Shown here: one piece after another, positions 48,942 to 58,617 of the stretch
How the letters are laid out: each line of letters begins with the position of its first letter
Position numbering within the stretch: the first letter of the stretch is position 1
Position numbers and translations under genes: made by a program
The notes under the pieces: generated by a model
The model's database searches: none
Told to the model about the DNA's origin: nothing
What the model saw: the letters and a program-made list of their open reading frames with translations, nothing else
Origin: Acidimicrobiia bacterium
GTDB lineage: Bacteria; Actinomycetota; Acidimicrobiia; Spongiisociales; ZC4RG35
Length of the DNA: 64,000 nt
NCBI GenBank assembly: GCA_046484325.1
Contig: JAWOJB010000025.1
Span: 4,333-68,332, forward strand
Direction of reading: 5' to 3'

Positions 48942-50276
48942 ATGCAGCGCCTCGACCTCCCGGATGGGTTCCTGATCGGCGCCGCCACGGCCGCGTACCA
49001 GATCGAGGGAGCGGTCACCGAGGACGGCAGGGGCGCCTCCATCTGGGACACCTTCTCCCACACCCCGGGCCGGGTGGTGGGGGGGCACACCGGCGACGTC
49101 GCCTGTGACCATTACCACCGGATGGACGAGGACGTAGCCCTCATGGCCGAGCTGGGCCTCGACGCCTATCGCTTCTCGATCGCCTGGCCGCGGGTGCTCC
49201 CCGCTGGCCGCGGGGCCGTCAACCCGGCGGGGCTCGGCTTCTACGACCGGCTCGTCGACCGGCTGCTCGAGCACGGGATCACGCCCTTCGCCACGCTCTA
49301 CCACTGGGACCTCCCCCAGGTCCTCGAGGACGAAGGGGGATGGCGACGGCGCTCCACATCGGAGGCCTTCGCCGCCTATGCCGAGGTGGTGACTTCGCAC
49401 CTCGGCGATCGTGTGGGCCACTGGGCGACCCTGAACGAGCCCTGGGTGTCGGCCCACCTCGGGTACATCACGGGCAGCCACGCACCCGGAGGGTCCGACC
49501 TCGCCGACGGCCTGGCCGCCGCCCACCACCTGCTGCTCGCCCACGGGTTGGCCGTCCCCCGGATCCGGCGGTCGGCCCCCGGGGCGGCGGTGGGGATCGT
49601 GCTCAACCTGGTCGAGGTGACGACGATGTCCGCCCACCCGGCGGATGTGGCCGCGGCCACGATCGCCGAGGGGACGGTGAATCGATGGTTCCTCGACCCG
49701 ATCGCAGGACGGGGGTATCCCGGTGATGCCGCCGCCGCCCTCGGATGGGATGGCGCACCGGTCCGCGACGGCGACCTCGGGACCATCGGCGTCCCGATGG
49801 ACTTCCTCGGCGTCAACTACTACACCCGGCTCATCAAGGGTTCTCCCGGCCTGGCCGACCGCCCCGAGCCGATCGCACGATCGAGCGGCGAGATCACCGA
49901 CATGGGCTGGGAGGTCCACCCGGACGGCCTGGAGCACGTGCTGCGCCGCGTCGACCGCGAGTACGGGTTCTCGCGGCTGTACGTCACCGAGAACGGCGTG
50001 GCATACCCCGAGCCCGAGCACGTCGAGGGTCCGATCGACGACGCCGAGCGGATCTCCTACCTCCAGCGCCATCTGGAGGCGGCGGCCAGGGCGGTCGCAG
50101 GCGGCGTTCCACTCGCCGGGTACTTCGTCTGGTCGCTCCTCGACAACTTCGAGTGGGCGTTCGGGTACACGAAACGCTTCGGGATCGTTCATGTCGACTT
50201 CGACACCCTCGCCAGGACGCCCAAGCGGTCGTACTCCTGGCTGCGAGAGCTACAGACCCCCCGGCACCGGACATGA
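48942..50276 (+). CDS. bglB: GH1 beta-glucosidase
   Basis: 444-aa ORF. AAYQIEGA, acid/base TLNEPW, nucleophile YVTENG. Confidence 0.9.
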   Translation: MQRLDLPDGFLIGAATAAYQIEGAVTEDGRGASIWDTFSHTPGRVVGGHTGDVACDHYHRMDEDVALMAELGLDAYRFSIAWPRVLPAGRGAVNPAGLGFYDRLVDRLLEHGITPFATLYHWDLPQVLEDEGGWRRRSTSEAFAAYAEVVTSHLGDRVGHWATLNEPWVSAHLGYITGSHAPGGSDLADGLAAAHHLLLAHGLAVPRIRRSAPGAAVGIVLNLVEVTTMSAHPADVAAATIAEGTVNRWFLDPIAGRGYPGDAAAALGWDGAPVRDGDLGTIGVPMDFLGVNYYTRLIKGSPGLADRPEPIARSSGEITDMGWEVHPDGLEHVLRRVDREYGFSRLYVTENGVAYPEPEHVEGPIDDAERISYLQRHLEAAARAVAGGVPLAGYFVWSLLDNFEWAFGYTKRFGIVHVDFDTLARTPKRSYSWLRELQTPRHRT

Positions 50277-51184
50277 GCACCGCCGTCGCCGTCGACGACC
50301 TCCACAAGTCGTACGGCCCGGTACGCGCGCTCGAGGGAGTCTCGTTCCGGATCGAGCCGGGCGAGGTCTACGCACTGCTCGGTCCCAACGGCGCCGGCAA
50401 GACCACCACGATCGAGATCCTCGAGGGCTACCGGAGAGCCGATCGGGGGACCGTGACGGTGCTCGGGGTGGATCCCGCCACCGCCGGAGAGGCGTTCAGG
50501 GACCGGATCGGCATCGTGCTGCAGTCCACCGGCATCGAGGACGTGCTCACGGTTCGAGAGGCCGTGGCCCACTACGCCCGCCCCTACTCGCGGCGCCGCT
50601 CCGCCGACGAGGCCATCGACCTCGCGGGGCTGGGCCCCCAGGCGGGGAGCCGGATCAGGACGCTGTCGGGTGGCCAGCGGCGGCGCCTCGACCTGGCCAT
50701 CGCCCTCGTCGGCGATCCCGAGCTGCTGTTCCTCGACGAGCCCACCACCGGGTTCGACCCCGCCGCCAGGCGGGAGGCCTGGTCGATGATCGACGGTCTC
50801 CGGCGCCGGGGCACGACCGTGCTCCTCACGACGCACTATCTCGACGAAGCCCAGCACCTGGCCGATCGGGTGGCCGTCGTTTCCGCCGGACGGATCGTGG
50901 CCGAGGGTGATCCGGGCACGCTGGGCGGTCGCGACCGGGCGAGGGCCGTCATCCGCTTCCGCCTCCCCGCAGGCGTGCAGCCGCCCCCGATGACCCCCGG
51001 CTCCCGGATCCGCACGTCTCCCGCGGCGGATCGGGTCGAGATCGACACCGATCGCCCCACCCAGGACCTCGCAGTACTGACGGCTTGGGCGGTGGACCGG
51101 GGCGAGGAGCTCGCCGGCCTGGAGGTGGTGCGTCCGAGTCTGGAGGACGTCTACCTCGGACTCGTCGGAGAGCGGCCATCGTGA
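50273..51184 (+). CDS. ABC transporter ATP-binding protein (ABC-2/DrrA-like)
   Basis: ATG at 50273 overlaps the bgl stop (ATGA). GPNGAGKTT, LSGGQRRRL and LLFLDEPT motifs. Confidence 0.85.
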   Translation: MSTAVAVDDLHKSYGPVRALEGVSFRIEPGEVYALLGPNGAGKTTTIEILEGYRRADRGTVTVLGVDPATAGEAFRDRIGIVLQSTGIEDVLTVREAVAHYARPYSRRRSADEAIDLAGLGPQAGSRIRTLSGGQRRRLDLAIALVGDPELLFLDEPTTGFDPAARREAWSMIDGLRRRGTTVLLTTHYLDEAQHLADRVAVVSAGRIVAEGDPGTLGGRDRARAVIRFRLPAGVQPPPMTPGSRIRTSPAADRVEIDTDRPTQDLAVLTAWAVDRGEELAGLEVVRPSLEDVYLGLVGERPS

Positions 51185-51972
51185 CACGGCCTGGGCTCGT
51201 CCTGCACCAGATCCGGCACCAGAACCGGGTCTTCTGGCGGGTTCCCCTCGCCGCGTTCTTCACCGTCGCCTTCCCGCTCATGCTCCTCGTGCTCTTCAAC
51301 CTGCTGAACCGCGGAGTCACGCTCCCTTCGATGGGCGGTCTCCCCTATGCCCAGTTCTTCACCCCGGCCATCGCCGTCTTCGCGATGGTGAGCGCCACCT
51401 ACACGAGCGTGGCGATCCAGACCGGGATCGACCGTGACGACGGGATTCTCAAGCGGGTTCGGGGCACGCCGCTACCGCCCGGCACCTATCTGGCAGGGCG
51501 CATCGGGTCGGCGCTCTGGATCGGCGTGCTGTCGGTCGCCGCCACGATGGCGACCGGGGTGCTGGCGTTCGACGTCGTCGTGCTGTGGGACCGTGTTCCC
51601 ATGGCACTCCTGGTGCTGACGGTTGGCGCCGCCTGCTTCTGCGCACTCGGTCTCGCCCTGGCGGCCGCCGCGTCCAATGCCCAGAGCGCCCAGGCCCTGG
51701 CGAACGCCACGATCCTGCCTCTTGCGTTCATCTCGGGCATCTTCTTCCCGCTCGACACGGCGCCGGCCTGGATGGGCGCCATCGCCGGGATATTCCCGCT
51801 CCAGGCCTTCGTCGAGGCGTTCGGCGCCCAGTGGAACCCTCTGGCCGAACCCGGGATCCCCTGGGCCGACCTGGGGATCATGGTCGCATGGTTCGCCGCC
51901 GCCGTCGTGGTAGCCCGCCGTACCTTCACCTGGGAGCCACGACCGGGTGGCAGTCGCCGGCGCCGACGTTGA
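51181..51972 (+). CDS. ABC-2 type transporter permease
   Basis: GTG at 51181 forms a GTGA overlap with the ATPase stop. Six hydrophobic helices. Confidence 0.75.
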   Translation: MTRPGLVLHQIRHQNRVFWRVPLAAFFTVAFPLMLLVLFNLLNRGVTLPSMGGLPYAQFFTPAIAVFAMVSATYTSVAIQTGIDRDDGILKRVRGTPLPPGTYLAGRIGSALWIGVLSVAATMATGVLAFDVVVLWDRVPMALLVLTVGAACFCALGLALAAAASNAQSAQALANATILPLAFISGIFFPLDTAPAWMGAIAGIFPLQAFVEAFGAQWNPLAEPGIPWADLGIMVAWFAAAVVVARRTFTWEPRPGGSRRRRR

Positions 51973-52476
51973 TCAGAGGTCCCGGTAACTCGCCGCGAAC
52001 CTCAGGTAGTCGTTGACGCCCTGATCCTGTCGCTCGATCTCGTCGGGCCTCAACTCCCGCACCGGCTTCGCCGGGGTCCCGATGGCCAGCGTCCACGATG
52101 GGATCTCACGGCCCTCGGGGAGCAGCGAGCCGGCCGCCAGCCAAGCACCCTCACCCAGCACCGAGCCGTTGAGCGCACGCGCGCCGATGCCCACCAGGCA
52201 ACGGTCGCCGATCCTGGCGCCGTGGACGACGGAAGCGTGGCCGACGGTCACCCGGCGACCGATCAGGCAGGGGATTCCGGCATCGCAGTGCACCACGGTT
52301 CCGTCCTGGAGGTTGGTCTCCTCACCGATCTCGATCCGGTCGAGCTCGGCGCGGATCACCACCCCGAACATGACCACGGCCCGGGCGGCGATGGAGACGT
52401 CTCCGTGGACGACGGCGGTCGGTGCCACGTACGCCTCGGGGTGGATCCTGGGTAGCGCCAGGTCGAGCGGCTCCAC
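51973..52476 (-). CDS. Gamma-carbonic-anhydrase-like / hexapeptide-repeat protein (PaaY/YrdA/CaiE family)
   Basis: 167-aa ORF. Left-handed beta-helix hexapeptide periodicity (VHGDVSI, VIRAELD, VVHCDAG, VVHGARIG). GTG start 20 nt after the upstream stop. Confidence 0.8.
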   Translation of the reverse strand: MEPLDLALPRIHPEAYVAPTAVVHGDVSIAARAVVMFGVVIRAELDRIEIGEETNLQDGTVVHCDAGIPCLIGRRVTVGHASVVHGARIGDRCLVGIGARALNGSVLGEGAWLAAGSLLPEGREIPSWTLAIGTPAKPVRELRPDEIERQDQGVNDYLRFAASYRDL

Positions 52477-52496
52477 CAGACAACCCTAGACCGGGC

Positions 52497-54290
52497 TCAC
52501 CAGCCCTCGTAGACGTCGCGACCCTCGAGCGAGACCTGACCGCAGATCCGGCACACCCGACGGGCGATACCGCCCGTAGCGCCTCGCAGCTCGAACTCGT
52601 GGACGTGGCCGGCCTTCCGACCGAACAGCCCGAGCCTCCCGACCTTCTTGGACTCGGCGGCATGCCGGCCCGCGCCTCCATTGGATTCGGCCGGCACCGC
52701 CGCCACCGACGGTGCCTCGACCTCCGGGGGTGCCTCCACCACCTCCACCGCGGCGGCGGGCCGGAACATCCCCGGCGAAGGAACCGGTTCGGGCTGGGGC
52801 TCCCACAACGGCATCGGCTCGGGCTCGGCTTGGGGCTCGGCTTGCGCAACCGCAGCCTCCGCCGCTTCCGCCTCCGCCTGGGCCTCCGCAGCCGCCAATG
52901 CTTCCGCCTCCGCCCGGGCCGCCGCCTCCGCCGCTTCCGCCTCCGCCGCCGCCTGGGCCTCCGCGGCCACCAATGCTTCCGCCGCCGCTTGGGCCTCCGC
53001 AGCCGCCAATGCTTCCGCCTCCGCCAATGCTTCCGCCGCCTCCGCCGCTTCCGCCGCCGCCTGGGCCTCCGCAGCCGCCAATGCTTCCGCCTCCGCCCGG
53101 GCCGCCGCCTCCGCCGCCGCCGCTTCCGCCTCCGCAGCCGCCAGGGCCTCCGCAGCCGCCAATGCTTCCGCCTCCGCCAATGCTTCCGCCGCCTCCGCCG
53201 CTTCCACCGCCGCCTGGGCCTCCGCAGCCGCCAATGCTTCGGCCTCCGCCCGGGCCGCCGCCTCCGCCGCCGCTTGGGCCTCCGCCTCCGCCTGAGCCGC
53301 CGCCTGGGCCTCCGCAGCCGCCAATGCTTCCGCCGCCGCTTGGGCCTCCGTAGCCGCCAATGCTTCCGCCTCCGCCTCCGCCGCTTCCGCCTCCGCCTGG
53401 GCCTCCGCAGCCGCCAATGCTTCCGCAGCCGCCTGAGCCTCCGCCTCCGCCGCCTGGGCCTCCGCCTCCGCCTGGGCCGCAGCCGCCAATGCTTCCGCCT
53501 CCGCCCGGGCCGCCGCAGCCGCCGCTTCCGCCTCCGCCGCCGCCTGAGCCTCCGCCGCTTCCGCCGCCGCCTGAACCTCCGCCGCCGCCGCCTCCGCCGC
53601 TTCCGCCGCCGCCTGAACCTCCGCCTCCGCCTGGGCCGCCGCAGCCTCCGCCTCGGCGACCGACTCGGGCACTACCGCTGCCACCTGCTCAGGATCGGCA
53701 TGGGAGGCGAGATCGTCGCCCCCGACGGAAAAGGCCGGGGTGACCTCCTCGAAGACAACCGATGCCGTGGCCGACCAGGTCTCTGGCTGAGGTGGGCTGG
53801 GTGGCACGGCCTCGCTGGGCGACCAGGTAGGCACCCTCTCGGCGGATGGAGGGCTCAACTCGAGGCCCCCGCCTGGTTCGCCGGCGGCGACCGGTGCAGG
53901 GAGCGAGGGCTGGATCGGAGCCACCGGCGGAGCCGGGGCTGGCTCCGCCAGGGCCGGCGTGGGAAGCGGCTCCGCCGTCCCCGGAGCCTTACCCTTCTTC
54001 GAGAAGAACTTCCGCTTCTTGGTCAAGCGCTGGACGACCTCGTCGATGTGGGTCATGCCGCTGTAGGCGAAGCTCAGGGCATCGTCGGCGATGAAGACGA
54101 TCTGCTCCTCGCCGAGCGTGAAGCGGAATTGGTTGGAGACGATGCGTTCGATCCCGATCTCGTCCAGGCGCCACATCCCGAGGTCGCCTTCGGGGCCGGA
54201 GACCCTCAGGAAGACGTCCTCGACGTGGACGACCGCGGCGACACCCTCACCGGTCTCACCGGGCAGTTTCAGACGACCTGTGAATCGCAC
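52497..54290 (-). CDS. Modular protein of unknown function: ~100-aa N-terminal globular domain, basic patch, Pro-rich linker, ~270-aa Ala/Glu/Gln repeat, C-terminal HxH...CxxC motif
   Basis: Track ORF 52497..54296. GTG at 54290 lies 6 nt after GAGAGG. Non-repetitive N-terminal (RFTGRLKLPGETGEGVAAVVHVEDVFLRVSG...) and C-terminal (GHVHEFELRGATGGIARRVCRICGQVSLEGRDVYEGW) ends are in the same frame as the AEAQ repeat. No family recognised. Confidence 0.6.
   Translation of the reverse strand: MRFTGRLKLPGETGEGVAAVVHVEDVFLRVSGPEGDLGMWRLDEIGIERIVSNQFRFTLGEEQIVFIADDALSFAYSGMTHIDEVVQRLTKKRKFFSKKGKAPGTAEPLPTPALAEPAPAPPVAPIQPSLPAPVAAGEPGGGLELSPPSAERVPTWSPSEAVPPSPPQPETWSATASVVFEEVTPAFSVGGDDLASHADPEQVAAVVPESVAEAEAAAAQAEAEVQAAAEAAEAAAAEVQAAAEAAEAQAAAEAEAAAAAARAEAEALAAAAQAEAEAQAAEAEAQAAAEALAAAEAQAEAEAAEAEAEALAATEAQAAAEALAAAEAQAAAQAEAEAQAAAEAAARAEAEALAAAEAQAAVEAAEAAEALAEAEALAAAEALAAAEAEAAAAEAAARAEAEALAAAEAQAAAEAAEAAEALAEAEALAAAEAQAAAEALVAAEAQAAAEAEAAEAAARAEAEALAAAEAQAEAEAAEAAVAQAEPQAEPEPMPLWEPQPEPVPSPGMFRPAAAVEVVEAPPEVEAPSVAAVPAESNGGAGRHAAESKKVGRLGLFGRKAGHVHEFELRGATGGIARRVCRICGQVSLEGRDVYEGW
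52846..53660 (-). repeat. About 0.8 kb of nested imperfect tandem repeats (9/18-nt sub-units inside roughly 150-260-nt units) that encode the Ala/Glu/Gln tract
   Basis: The string ccaatgcttc occurs about 12 times and gcctccgcccgggccgcc about 4 times at irregular spacing of roughly 150-260 nt. Four reading frames carry overlapping track ORFs across this stretch. Confidence 0.9.
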
Positions 54291-54395
54291 CGCCAACCTC
54301 TCACGTCATGGCTCCCAGGCCGCCGGACGGGAGGACCGTCCACCCATCTGTCGCTCGATGCCCCGCGATCAGGGTCGCAGCCCCCACCCACCCCG

Positions 54396-57257
54396 TCAAG
54401 AGGGGCCAGCCTCGCCGACGAACGATTCGACCGGCGGACACGAGCACATCAGGTGACGGTCCCCGGAGGCGCCGTCGATGCGGCTCACCGGCGGCCAGTA
54501 CTTGGCGGTACGCAGCCCAGGCAAGGGAAACGCCGCCTCCGAGCGGAGGTACGGATGGGCCCATGTGTCGTCGCTGACATCCTCGGCGGTGTGAGGGGCG
54601 TTCTTGAGAGGGTTGTCCTCGGGATCCCAGTCCCCCGCCTCGACCCGGCCGATCTCGCGGCGGATCGCGATCATGGCATCGCAGAACCGGTCGAGCTCGG
54701 CGAGCGGCTCCGACTCCGTGGGTTCGATCATGAGCGTACCGGCGACCGGGAAGCTCAGGGTCGGGGCGTGGAAGCCGTAGTCGGCGAGCCGCTTGGCGAC
54801 GTCCTCCGCCGTGATCCCCGTCTCCTTCGTCAATGGACGGATATCGACGATGCACTCGTGCGCCACACGACCGTTGCGGCCCGAGTAGAGCACGGGGAAA
54901 TGGGGATCGAGCCTCCGGGCGAGGTAGTTGGCGTTGAGGATCGCCACCTCGGTGGCCATGCGCAGGCCGTTGGCTCCCATCATCGCGACGTACATCCACG
55001 AAATCGGCAGGATCCCAGCCGAGCCCCAGGGCGCCATCGAGACGGGGCCGATCCCCGTCTCGGGCCCGGCCTCCGGCCGCAGTGGGTGATTGGGGAGGAA
55101 GGGGGCGAGATGGGCCTTCACTCCGATCGGACCCACGCCGGGCCCGCCGCCGCCGTGCGGGATCGTGAACGTCTTGTGGAGATTCAGGTGACTGACGTCC
55201 GCCCCGAACCGTCCCGGCTTGGCCAGGCCCACCAGGGCGTTGAGGTTGGCCCCGTCGACGTACACCTGACCGCCCCGATCGTGGACGATCCGGCAGATCT
55301 CCCCGATCCCCTCCTCGAAGACGCCGTGCGTCGAGGGGTAGGTCACCATCGCCGCCGCCAGGCGGTCGGCATGTTGGTCTGCCTTTTGCCGCAGGTCGGT
55401 GAGGTCGACATCACCCGACTCGTCGCATGCGACGACGACGACCTGCAAACCCGCCATGGCGGCCGACGCGGCGTTGGTGCCGTGGGCCGAGGACGGGATG
55501 AGGCAGATGTCCCGGTGGGCCTCGCCGCGGCTGCCGTGGTACGCGCGGATGGCCAGGAGACCGGACAACTCACCCTGGGACCCGGCGTTGGGCTGGAGCG
55601 AGACGGCGTCGTAACCCGTGATCTCGGCCAGCCAGGTCTCGAGGTCGCCGATGATCCGGAGATAGCCGCCGGCCTGATCGAGCGGGGCGAACGGATGAAT
55701 GTCGGAGAACTCGGGCCAGGTGATCGGCTCCATCTCGGATGTGGCGTTGAGCTTCATCGTGCACGATCCCAGGGGGATCATCGAACGATCGAGTGCCAGG
55801 TCCCGATCCGCCAGGCTCCTCAGGTAGCGAAGCATGTCATGCTCGCTCCGGTAACGGTGGAACACCGGATGGGTCAGGAACTCGCGGGTGCGCTGCAACC
55901 CACCGGGAATCCCGGACGGCCCGGTCTCGGGGATCGATCCGGCACCGAACGCGGCAAGGACCTCTCCGACGATCTCGTCGGTGGTGGTCTCGTCCAGCGT
56001 CACTCCCACCGTGTCATCGTCGACGAGACGCAGGTTGATCCCCCGCTCGAGGGCAGCAGCGACCACCTCGCCTGCGCCGCCCGGCACCGTGACCGTGATC
56101 GTGTCAAACCAGGTGTCGCCGACCACCGCGATGCCGCCTGCCCGCAGTCCGGCGACGAGCCGCGACGTCAGGTCGTACACGCGGGTGGCGATCCGAGTGA
56201 GCCCTTCCGGCCCGTGCCAGACGGCGTAGAGACCGGCGATGACCGCGAGCAGCACCTGGGCGGTGCACACGTTCGAGGTGGCCCGCTCCCGACGAATGTG
56301 CTGCTCCCGGGTCTGGATGGCCAGCCTCAGCGCAGTACGCCCCTGCGAGTCGTGGGAAACGCCGACCAGGCGTCCGGGGAGAGAGCGCACGTGCTGGGTG
56401 CGAGTGGCGAGATACCCGGCATGGGGCCCGCCGAAGCCGAGCGGGACCCCGAACCGCTGGGCGGAACCGACGACCACGTCCGCCCCCCAGGCACCGGGTG
56501 GCTCGAGCAGCACGAGGGCGAGCAGATCGGCGGCCACGACGACCATCGTCCCCGCCTCCCGACTGCGAGCGGCTGCCGCTCGGAGATCGCGGACCCGGCC
56601 CGACGAGCCGGGATACTGGACGAGCAATCCGAAGGCGTCGGCGGGGTCGACCGTCGCGGCATCCACCACGGCTACCTCGATGTCGACGGGCGCCGCCCTC
56701 GACTCGAGGATGGCGATCGTGTGCGGGTGGCAGTCGACATCGACGTAGAAGCGCCGGGTCTCCTTACGAGAGATCCGCCGGACCATGGCCATCGCCTCGG
56801 CGGCGGCGGTGCCCTCGTCGAGCAGCGACGCGTTGGCGAGATCGAGGCCGGCGAGATCGGCCACCATCGTCTGATAGTTGAGGAGCGCCTCGAGACGTCC
56901 CTGGGAGATCTCCGGTTGGTAGGGCGTGTAGGCGGTGTACCAGGCGGGGTCCTCGAGCACGTTTCGCTTCACCACGGGAGGGGTGATCGTGCCGTGGTAC
57001 CCGAGGCCGATGAGCGAGGTGAGCACCCGGTTCTTCGACGCGATCTGGGCGAGCACGGCGAGTGCATCCCGTTCGGTCATGGCCGGCGGCAGCTGGAGAC
57101 GGTCGTCGCGAATTCCCGGCGGGACCGTCGACGAAATGAGCTCGTCGAGCGAGCCGGCACCGACCTCGGCCAGCATCTTGCCGAGGTCGGCAGGGCGGGG
57201 GCCGAGGTGACGGTGGGCGAAGGCATCCAGGTCTTCGTGGGGACTGGGCTCGGTCAT
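54396..57257 (-). CDS. gcvP: Glycine dehydrogenase (decarboxylating), single-chain P-protein
   Basis: In-frame ATG at 57257 ([20 protein letters not shown]) in track ORF 54396..57686. [13 protein letters not shown] motif. PLP-lysine motif SHLNLHKTF. 953 aa. Confidence 0.95.
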   Translation of the reverse strand: MTEPSPHEDLDAFAHRHLGPRPADLGKMLAEVGAGSLDELISSTVPPGIRDDRLQLPPAMTERDALAVLAQIASKNRVLTSLIGLGYHGTITPPVVKRNVLEDPAWYTAYTPYQPEISQGRLEALLNYQTMVADLAGLDLANASLLDEGTAAAEAMAMVRRISRKETRRFYVDVDCHPHTIAILESRAAPVDIEVAVVDAATVDPADAFGLLVQYPGSSGRVRDLRAAAARSREAGTMVVVAADLLALVLLEPPGAWGADVVVGSAQRFGVPLGFGGPHAGYLATRTQHVRSLPGRLVGVSHDSQGRTALRLAIQTREQHIRRERATSNVCTAQVLLAVIAGLYAVWHGPEGLTRIATRVYDLTSRLVAGLRAGGIAVVGDTWFDTITVTVPGGAGEVVAAALERGINLRLVDDDTVGVTLDETTTDEIVGEVLAAFGAGSIPETGPSGIPGGLQRTREFLTHPVFHRYRSEHDMLRYLRSLADRDLALDRSMIPLGSCTMKLNATSEMEPITWPEFSDIHPFAPLDQAGGYLRIIGDLETWLAEITGYDAVSLQPNAGSQGELSGLLAIRAYHGSRGEAHRDICLIPSSAHGTNAASAAMAGLQVVVVACDESGDVDLTDLRQKADQHADRLAAAMVTYPSTHGVFEEGIGEICRIVHDRGGQVYVDGANLNALVGLAKPGRFGADVSHLNLHKTFTIPHGGGGPGVGPIGVKAHLAPFLPNHPLRPEAGPETGIGPVSMAPWGSAGILPISWMYVAMMGANGLRMATEVAILNANYLARRLDPHFPVLYSGRNGRVAHECIVDIRPLTKETGITAEDVAKRLADYGFHAPTLSFPVAGTLMIEPTESEPLAELDRFCDAMIAIRREIGRVEAGDWDPEDNPLKNAPHTAEDVSDDTWAHPYLRSEAAFPLPGLRTAKYWPPVSRIDGASGDRHLMCSCPPVESFVGEAGPS

Positions 57258-57287
57258 CGGCGACTCCACGTTCCTCGGCGTCTCGTC

Positions 57288-57456
57288 CCCCGACGCTGTC
57301 CGGATGCCTGAGAGGTTCGCCCCGGCCGGGCTTGCTCCTTCGGCGGCGGCGCACCGCCTCTCCAGCGTGGCCTCGCCCGAGCGGTCCGTGTGCCTGAGAG
57401 ATTCCGGGGAGTTGCCCCTTCGGCGCCTCTCGCTGGGAGAGGGCTCTCCCGTTCGG
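57288..57456 (-). promoter_or_regulatory. Tandem glycine riboswitch (two aptamers) in the gcvP leader
   Basis: The minus-strand sequence reads GGGAGAGCCC...GGCGCCGAAGGGGCAACTCCCCGGAATCTCTCAGGCACACGGACCG. It continues CTGGAGAGGCGG...CCGCCGAAGGAGCAAGCC...AACCTCTCAGGCATCCGGACAGCG. These are the conserved GGAGAG / CCGAAGGRGCAA / CTCTCAGGC-N-GGAC cores, present twice. The element ends about 30 nt before the ATG. Confidence 0.85.
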
Positions 57457-57538
57457 GTTCGCCGGCCGACCGCGATGGTACCGGGCCTCCGGCCGAACCG
57501 GTACCGGCCGACCGGCCCCCCATCGCTACCCTTCGGCC

Positions 57539-58426
57539 GTGCTCCGCGAGATCCCCTGGACGTTCCTGCGCGGCTTCTGCATGGGTGCGGCCGATGTCGT
57601 GCCGGGCGTGTCGGGGGGCACGATCGCCCTGTTGCTCGGGATCTATGGTCGGCTGGTCGCTTCGGTTCGGGCGGGGAGCTCGGCACTCGGCCACCTCACA
57701 CGACTGGGGGGGACCGACACCCGTGCCTGGCTCCGGCGGGTCGAGTGGCTTTTCGTTCTCCCTCTGGCCTTCGGGATCGTCACCGCCATCTTCGTGCTCG
57801 CGGGCGTGATCGAGGGTCTTCTCCATCGGCGACCGGTCGAGATGGCCGCTGTGTTCTCCGGGCTCGTGGCCGCCTCGGTGGTGGTGGCGTGGGGCATGGT
57901 CCGGTCCCGCGACACCCGCCGGGTCGTCATCATGGTGCTGACGGCCGGCGCCACCTTCGTCGTGCTGGGCCTCGGGGGGGAGGAGTCGGCCGCAGTGGCC
58001 GATCCCAACCTCTGGTTCCTCTACGCCTCGGGCGCGCTGGCGGCCTGCGCCATGATCCTCCCGGGGATCAGCGGCTCGTTCGTACTCGTGCTCCTCGGTG
58101 TCTACGCTCCGGTGCTGGCCGCCGTGGACGACCGTGACTTGGTGGTCGTCGGGGTGGTGGCCGCCGGCGCCATCACGGGTCTGGCCCTCTTCTCCCAGGT
58201 GCTCGACCGGGCGCTCCACCGCCACCACGACTCGATGGTGGCGGCCCTCACCGGGCTGATGCTCGGTTCGTTCCGAGTCCTGTGGCCGTGGCCCGATGGG
58301 CTCGAGTCGACGGCACTGGGAGCCCCCGACGAGGTCGTCGGACTCTCGCTGGTGCTGGGCGCCGTGGCCTTCGCCTTGGTGCTGGTTCTGGCCCGGGTCT
58401 CCCGGCAGACCGAGGCCGGCACCTGA
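57539..58426 (+). CDS. DUF368-family integral membrane protein
   Basis: 295-aa ORF. Duplicated signature [15 protein letters not shown] and [15 protein letters not shown]. Confidence 0.75.
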   Translation: MLREIPWTFLRGFCMGAADVVPGVSGGTIALLLGIYGRLVASVRAGSSALGHLTRLGGTDTRAWLRRVEWLFVLPLAFGIVTAIFVLAGVIEGLLHRRPVEMAAVFSGLVAASVVVAWGMVRSRDTRRVVIMVLTAGATFVVLGLGGEESAAVADPNLWFLYASGALAACAMILPGISGSFVLVLLGVYAPVLAAVDDRDLVVVGVVAAGAITGLALFSQVLDRALHRHHDSMVAALTGLMLGSFRVLWPWPDGLESTALGAPDEVVGLSLVLGAVAFALVLVLARVSRQTEAGT

Positions 58427-58578
58427 CCGGACCGTCCGGCCCGTTCACGATTCGGTAACCTGGGATACAGGCCGGGGGCCCCCACTCCCGGCGCTACCAC
58501 CCGTCGGTGGGGTTGGGCGGGCGGCCCCTGGTGGCCCGCACACAACGTCCCGACCGACTTGCTCTCCGCTCGGAGAGC

Positions 58579-58617
58579 CGGCGGGGCTCCGGTTCCCCCC
58601 TTACCGGAGCCCCGCCG
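58579..58617. terminator. Perfect 14-bp GC hairpin between convergent genes (likely bidirectional terminator; plus-strand loop TTCCCCCCTTA)
   Basis: CGGCGGGGCTCCGG (58579-58592) is the exact reverse complement of CCGGAGCCCCGCCG (58604-58617). Lies 10 nt beyond the ychF stop. No U-tract on either strand. Confidence 0.6.

Noticed and set aside
52846-53660. Possible CRISPR array, because of the dense short repeats
   Set aside because: There are no unique spacers of constant length between repeats, the units are 9-18 nt triplet-phased, and there are no cas genes. It is a coding low-complexity repeat.
52648-53743. Plus-strand A/S-rich and poly-proline ORFs (52648..53295, 52712..53353, 53360..53743) inside the tandem repeat
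   Set aside because: The repeat composition lacks stop codons in those frames. Only the minus-strand A/E/Q frame continues into non-repetitive N- and C-terminal domains with a plausible RBS and start.
52422-57311. Longest ORF in the window (1629 aa, plus strand)
   Set aside because: It is antisense to gcvP and to the Ala/Glu-rich gene, both of which have strong protein-level signatures. The translation is Arg/Gly/Pro-rich low-complexity sequence, typical of a GC-rich shadow ORF.
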